Shown here piece after piece: positions 27,156 to 29,835 of a stretch of 29,835 nt of DNA (the first letter of the stretch is position 1; each line of letters begins with the position of its first letter). The DNA lies in NCBI GenBank assembly GCA_043798915.1, contig JAZDOG010000053.1:1-29835 (forward strand), in the 5' to 3' direction. A program made the position numbers and the translations under genes. The DNA is from Pseudomonadota bacterium. Lineage in GTDB: Bacteria > UBA10199 > 2-02-FULL-44-16 > JAAZCA01. The notes under the pieces are model-generated. The model was not told where the DNA came from. It saw nothing but the letters and a program-made list of their open reading frames with translations, and did not search any database.

Positions 27156-27929
27156 TCATCTGCCGCCGGGACCACGCTGAGGGAATTTTTTCATATTTGT
27201 TCCTTGGCCGCCGCGCGGACCGGGAGGGTTGCCCGCACCTTGGCCGCCGCGCGGACCGGGGGGGTTATTCACGTTCGCGCCTGCACCCGCACCGCCCTGA
27301 GGGCCAGGCCTGTTTTCCCAATTTGATCCTTGGCCGCCACGCGCGCCGGGAGGGTTATTATCGCTATCTCGATTCGTGCCAGCACCTTGGCCGCCGCGCG
27401 GACCGGGGGGATTATTCACGTTCGCGCCTGCACCCGGGCCGCCCTGAGGGCCAGGCCTGTTTTCCCAATTTGATCCTTGGCCGCCGCGCGCGCCAGGAGG
27501 GTTATTATCGCTATCTCGATTCGCGCCCGCACCTGGGCCACCGCGCGGACCTGGCGGGTTATTGCCGGAGCCTTCTTGACGAGCCCCCTTCACATCCTGT
27601 CGAATATCTTGCCGCGCGGAACCCATATCCTGCTTATCCTGCTGCTTCTGCTGAACGTTGGCTTGATGTGTGGATTTTAGCTGATCCTTTAGTTTTTGCG
27701 CAGTTGCCGTATCACCGGACTGTTCAGCAGCGCGGATCTGGTCACGCAGACTCTGTTCTTCCTGCCTGGCGGCAGAAGCATTGTTTCGGATATCACTCTT
27801 CTCAGCCTTAATAGCTGTTTTGTCGCTCCCGGCTGTGGAACCGGCAGTGGCATCCTGCGCGTTCGCACCGGAAGACGCCAGGACACAGAACGTAAAAACA
27901 ACCCCCAAAAACAGTGATGACTTTTTCAT
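27156..27929 (-). CDS. Exported protein with coiled-coil region and Gly/Pro/Asn-rich NPPG.RGG repeats
   Basis: AGGAG RBS; signal peptide ending ANA-Q; repeats NNPPGPRGGQG and WENRPGPQGG. Confidence 0.82.
   Translation of the reverse strand: MKKSSLFLGVVFTFCVLASSGANAQDATAGSTAGSDKTAIKAEKSDIRNNASAARQEEQSLRDQIRAAEQSGDTATAQKLKDQLKSTHQANVQQKQQDKQDMGSARQDIRQDVKGARQEGSGNNPPGPRGGPGAGANRDSDNNPPGARGGQGSNWENRPGPQGGPGAGANVNNPPGPRGGQGAGTNRDSDNNPPGARGGQGSNWENRPGPQGGAGAGANVNNPPGPRGGQGAGNPPGPRGGQGTNMKKFPQRGPGGR
27240..27562. repeat. Intragenic tandem duplication, 147-bp (49-aa) period
   Basis: NRDSDNNPPGARGGQGSNWENRPGPQGG.GAGANVNNPPGPRGGQGAG occurs twice; boundaries approximate. Confidence 0.85.
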
Positions 27930-28200
27930 GTCATTCTCCTTTCTCTTTGTAAGTGTAAACGAGGCCAAATATGCCAAATCATCCTGCATGACGTCAATGT
28001 TAATATCAGCGTCAGAAATATTTTCGGCCGGATAAAGCAAACAGCGTGGTTGAAGCGATGGAAATTAACTGATCTCCCACGGGAACACAAACTGCTCACG
28101 CAACGATTTGAATTGTAAATGGCATTATCAATTCGATCTTGGCGTATGCCCCCAATTGTGCCCCCATAGTGGTTTTAAACTTTGGTAAATCGGCGTAATT

Positions 28201-29835
28201 AGTGCCCGTCGGGAAACTCAGGCCGTGAAAACCAGCACGTCACGGCGCGTATTTTCATTTCCTGGCACGGTTGCCTCTGGCTTGCATATCTGATTTTCCC
28301 GCCTCCACTGTTTCTTTCTCTGCATTTTCTTCATGTCGCCGCCAGCGCCATCTCTGACATCCAATCCCTCGCCAACCGCGCCAGATTTGCACCCAGAATC
28401 GCCGCATGGCCCTTCAAGACGCACCCATCCGATGTCCTGGCCCTCGGCCGGTTGAATCCAAATCGCGAATGCTTGATCGTCGCAATCGACGCCTCCGACA
28501 ACGCCCGCTCCCGGCGGGCCTTGAGAGCGGTGTTGCGCCCGAGGCCGGGCTGCGACACCTTCCCTTTGCGAAAGATTCCGTTGTGACGGATCTTGTGTTT
28601 CGCCAATGCCGCATGATTCACAGGCCCGTCCCCGCCCCGATCGTACACCAACAACGAAGGAAGATTCCCCATCATCCGCTCGAAGTGCGAAAGAACCTCG
28701 TCCATGATCCGCGCGTCCGAGCCTCCACCCAGCTTCGCGCAGACCGTCCCGATGATGTAGCCCTTCGCGAGCCTCGTCACGATCCAGCGCCGCCCGAATT
28801 CCACCGCCTTCGATGCCTTGTTCCGAACGATCGCACGGGCATTCGTCTCCCACAAGCTCACGAGCTTCCCAGGCCGGTGAAACCCCGTGCTCATCCAGTG
28901 CCGGATCTGCGCCAACATCAGCCGATACTGCTCCATCGCCATGCGATACTCCTCGCGCGCCGAACCCGTGAGCCCATGCACCTTCCCTCGCACCAATCGT
29001 TCCATCCGGCCGACCGTGCCACGCAACTCCTGCGCCAGAACCTTCCGGCGCGCTGCCTTGCCTTTGCCCTTGCCTCGCGTGAACAACCGGATCTTCGTGA
29101 ACGTATGATGAACGGCTTCCGACATCTTTGCCAGCTTCTTCGAGAGCTTCTTCCGAATTTTGAGCCCGATTCCGCTCAACTTCTCCGCGATCTTCTTCAA
29201 ATGACCCACTTCCGTCGGATACGAAATAGGCGATTCCTGAACCGTCGTGTCCGACGAACATAACCCGTTCCCCGTGAACCCGGCGCCAACCGCACTCTTC
29301 ACCACGATCCGATTGATCCCCTCCACCCCTTCCTTCCCCAGTTGATTCCGAAACGTCTCGATGCTCGTGTGATCGATCGTCTCCTGCGAGTACAAAAGCC
29401 CGCACAACATCCTTACCCCGGCGTGATGCGCGACCATGTCCTCCGTCTCCCGGTCCGTCCATCCGTTCATGCCCTGCGCAATCAGTGCGCCCAGATGCAA
29501 CCGAAGATTCAGCGGCCGCCCGTTGTCGAGGTCCACCTTCTTTGCTCGCCAGCTGTTGGCCTCTATGCCGAGCTCCGGCCACGGAAGCTTCTCCGCCAGC
29601 ACGCGATAGCGGCTGCCTTGGCCCACGATCACGTCCATCGTCAGAGCCTTGCCGGCAAACAGTGATTGCTGCTCGATCCCATCCATGAGCGTCGTCATGA
29701 CCACCTCCGAATTGTCTGGATTCCGTGCGAATGATAATGGGCGCTAATACTGATGTAATAAGCGTTTCCACTGAACACCTTATCGCACATCCAGATCATT
29801 TCGGCAATCTCATCCTGCGCAATAATCACGATTTT
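28201..29835 (-). mobile_element. IS5-like insertion sequence (one end probably outside the window)
   Basis: Contains a DDE transposase; candidate terminus AGTGCCCGTCGGGAAAC at about 28201; no matching inverted repeat seen in the window. Confidence 0.65.
28331..29698 (-). CDS. IS5-like DDE transposase
   Basis: LPW..L, GRP, IDHTSIETFR..LG, DTTVQESPISYPTE, VEFG, YDRGG and SEASIATIK motifs; GGAGG RBS before ATG 29698. Confidence 0.88.
   Translation of the reverse strand: MTTLMDGIEQQSLFAGKALTMDVIVGQGSRYRVLAEKLPWPELGIEANSWRAKKVDLDNGRPLNLRLHLGALIAQGMNGWTDRETEDMVAHHAGVRMLCGLLYSQETIDHTSIETFRNQLGKEGVEGINRIVVKSAVGAGFTGNGLCSSDTTVQESPISYPTEVGHLKKIAEKLSGIGLKIRKKLSKKLAKMSEAVHHTFTKIRLFTRGKGKGKAARRKVLAQELRGTVGRMERLVRGKVHGLTGSAREEYRMAMEQYRLMLAQIRHWMSTGFHRPGKLVSLWETNARAIVRNKASKAVEFGRRWIVTRLAKGYIIGTVCAKLGGGSDARIMDEVLSHFERMMGNLPSLLVYDRGGDGPVNHAALAKHKIRHNGIFRKGKVSQPGLGRNTALKARRERALSEASIATIKHSRFGFNRPRARTSDGCVLKGHAAILGANLARLARDWMSEMALAAT

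Noticed and set aside
27240..27562. Repeats as a CRISPR array or a diversity-generating retroelement template
   Set aside because: They are in-frame coding repeats with no unique spacers, and no cas or reverse transcriptase gene is present.
28021..28047. Minus-strand GCCGAAAA upstream of the repeat-protein gene as a fourth motif copy
   Set aside because: The position 14 nt upstream reads ACGCT, not GCAAC.
28218..29771. 517-aa ORF overlapping the transposase on the same strand
   Set aside because: Alternative-frame product with no motifs; the DDE motifs are all in the 28331-29698 frame.

Overview
A GC-rich bacterial chromosomal segment. Gene content and order suggest a deltaproteobacterial-type lineage, which is an inference. 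The housekeeping backbone is purM; surE-pcm-nlpD-like-apt-tRNA-Arg(CCT); ihfB-dprA-topA; xerC-hslV-hslU-argF-purA; a His-rich Ni/Co-transporter-like gene; an RsmB-family methyltransferase; and an HTH-response regulator/PAS-GAF kinase pair. Accessory DNA interrupts it: a BrnTA toxin-antitoxin pair, a C39-like peptidase, surface and secreted proteins, a frameshifted TPM-domain gene, an AT-richer island and an IS5-like element. The most striking signal is a pair of non-adjacent genes (7369 and 12040, minus strand) that share a 270-bp, 90-aa, six-cysteine N-terminal module with no signal peptide, fused to unrelated C-terminal cargo domains. Both are preceded by the same GCAAC-N14-G(C/A)CGA(T/A)AA promoter-like motif, which also precedes a divergent surface-anchored DxDxDG-repeat protein. 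Three kinds of small palindromic elements are present, and one copy appears to be translated as part of a lipoprotein signal peptide.
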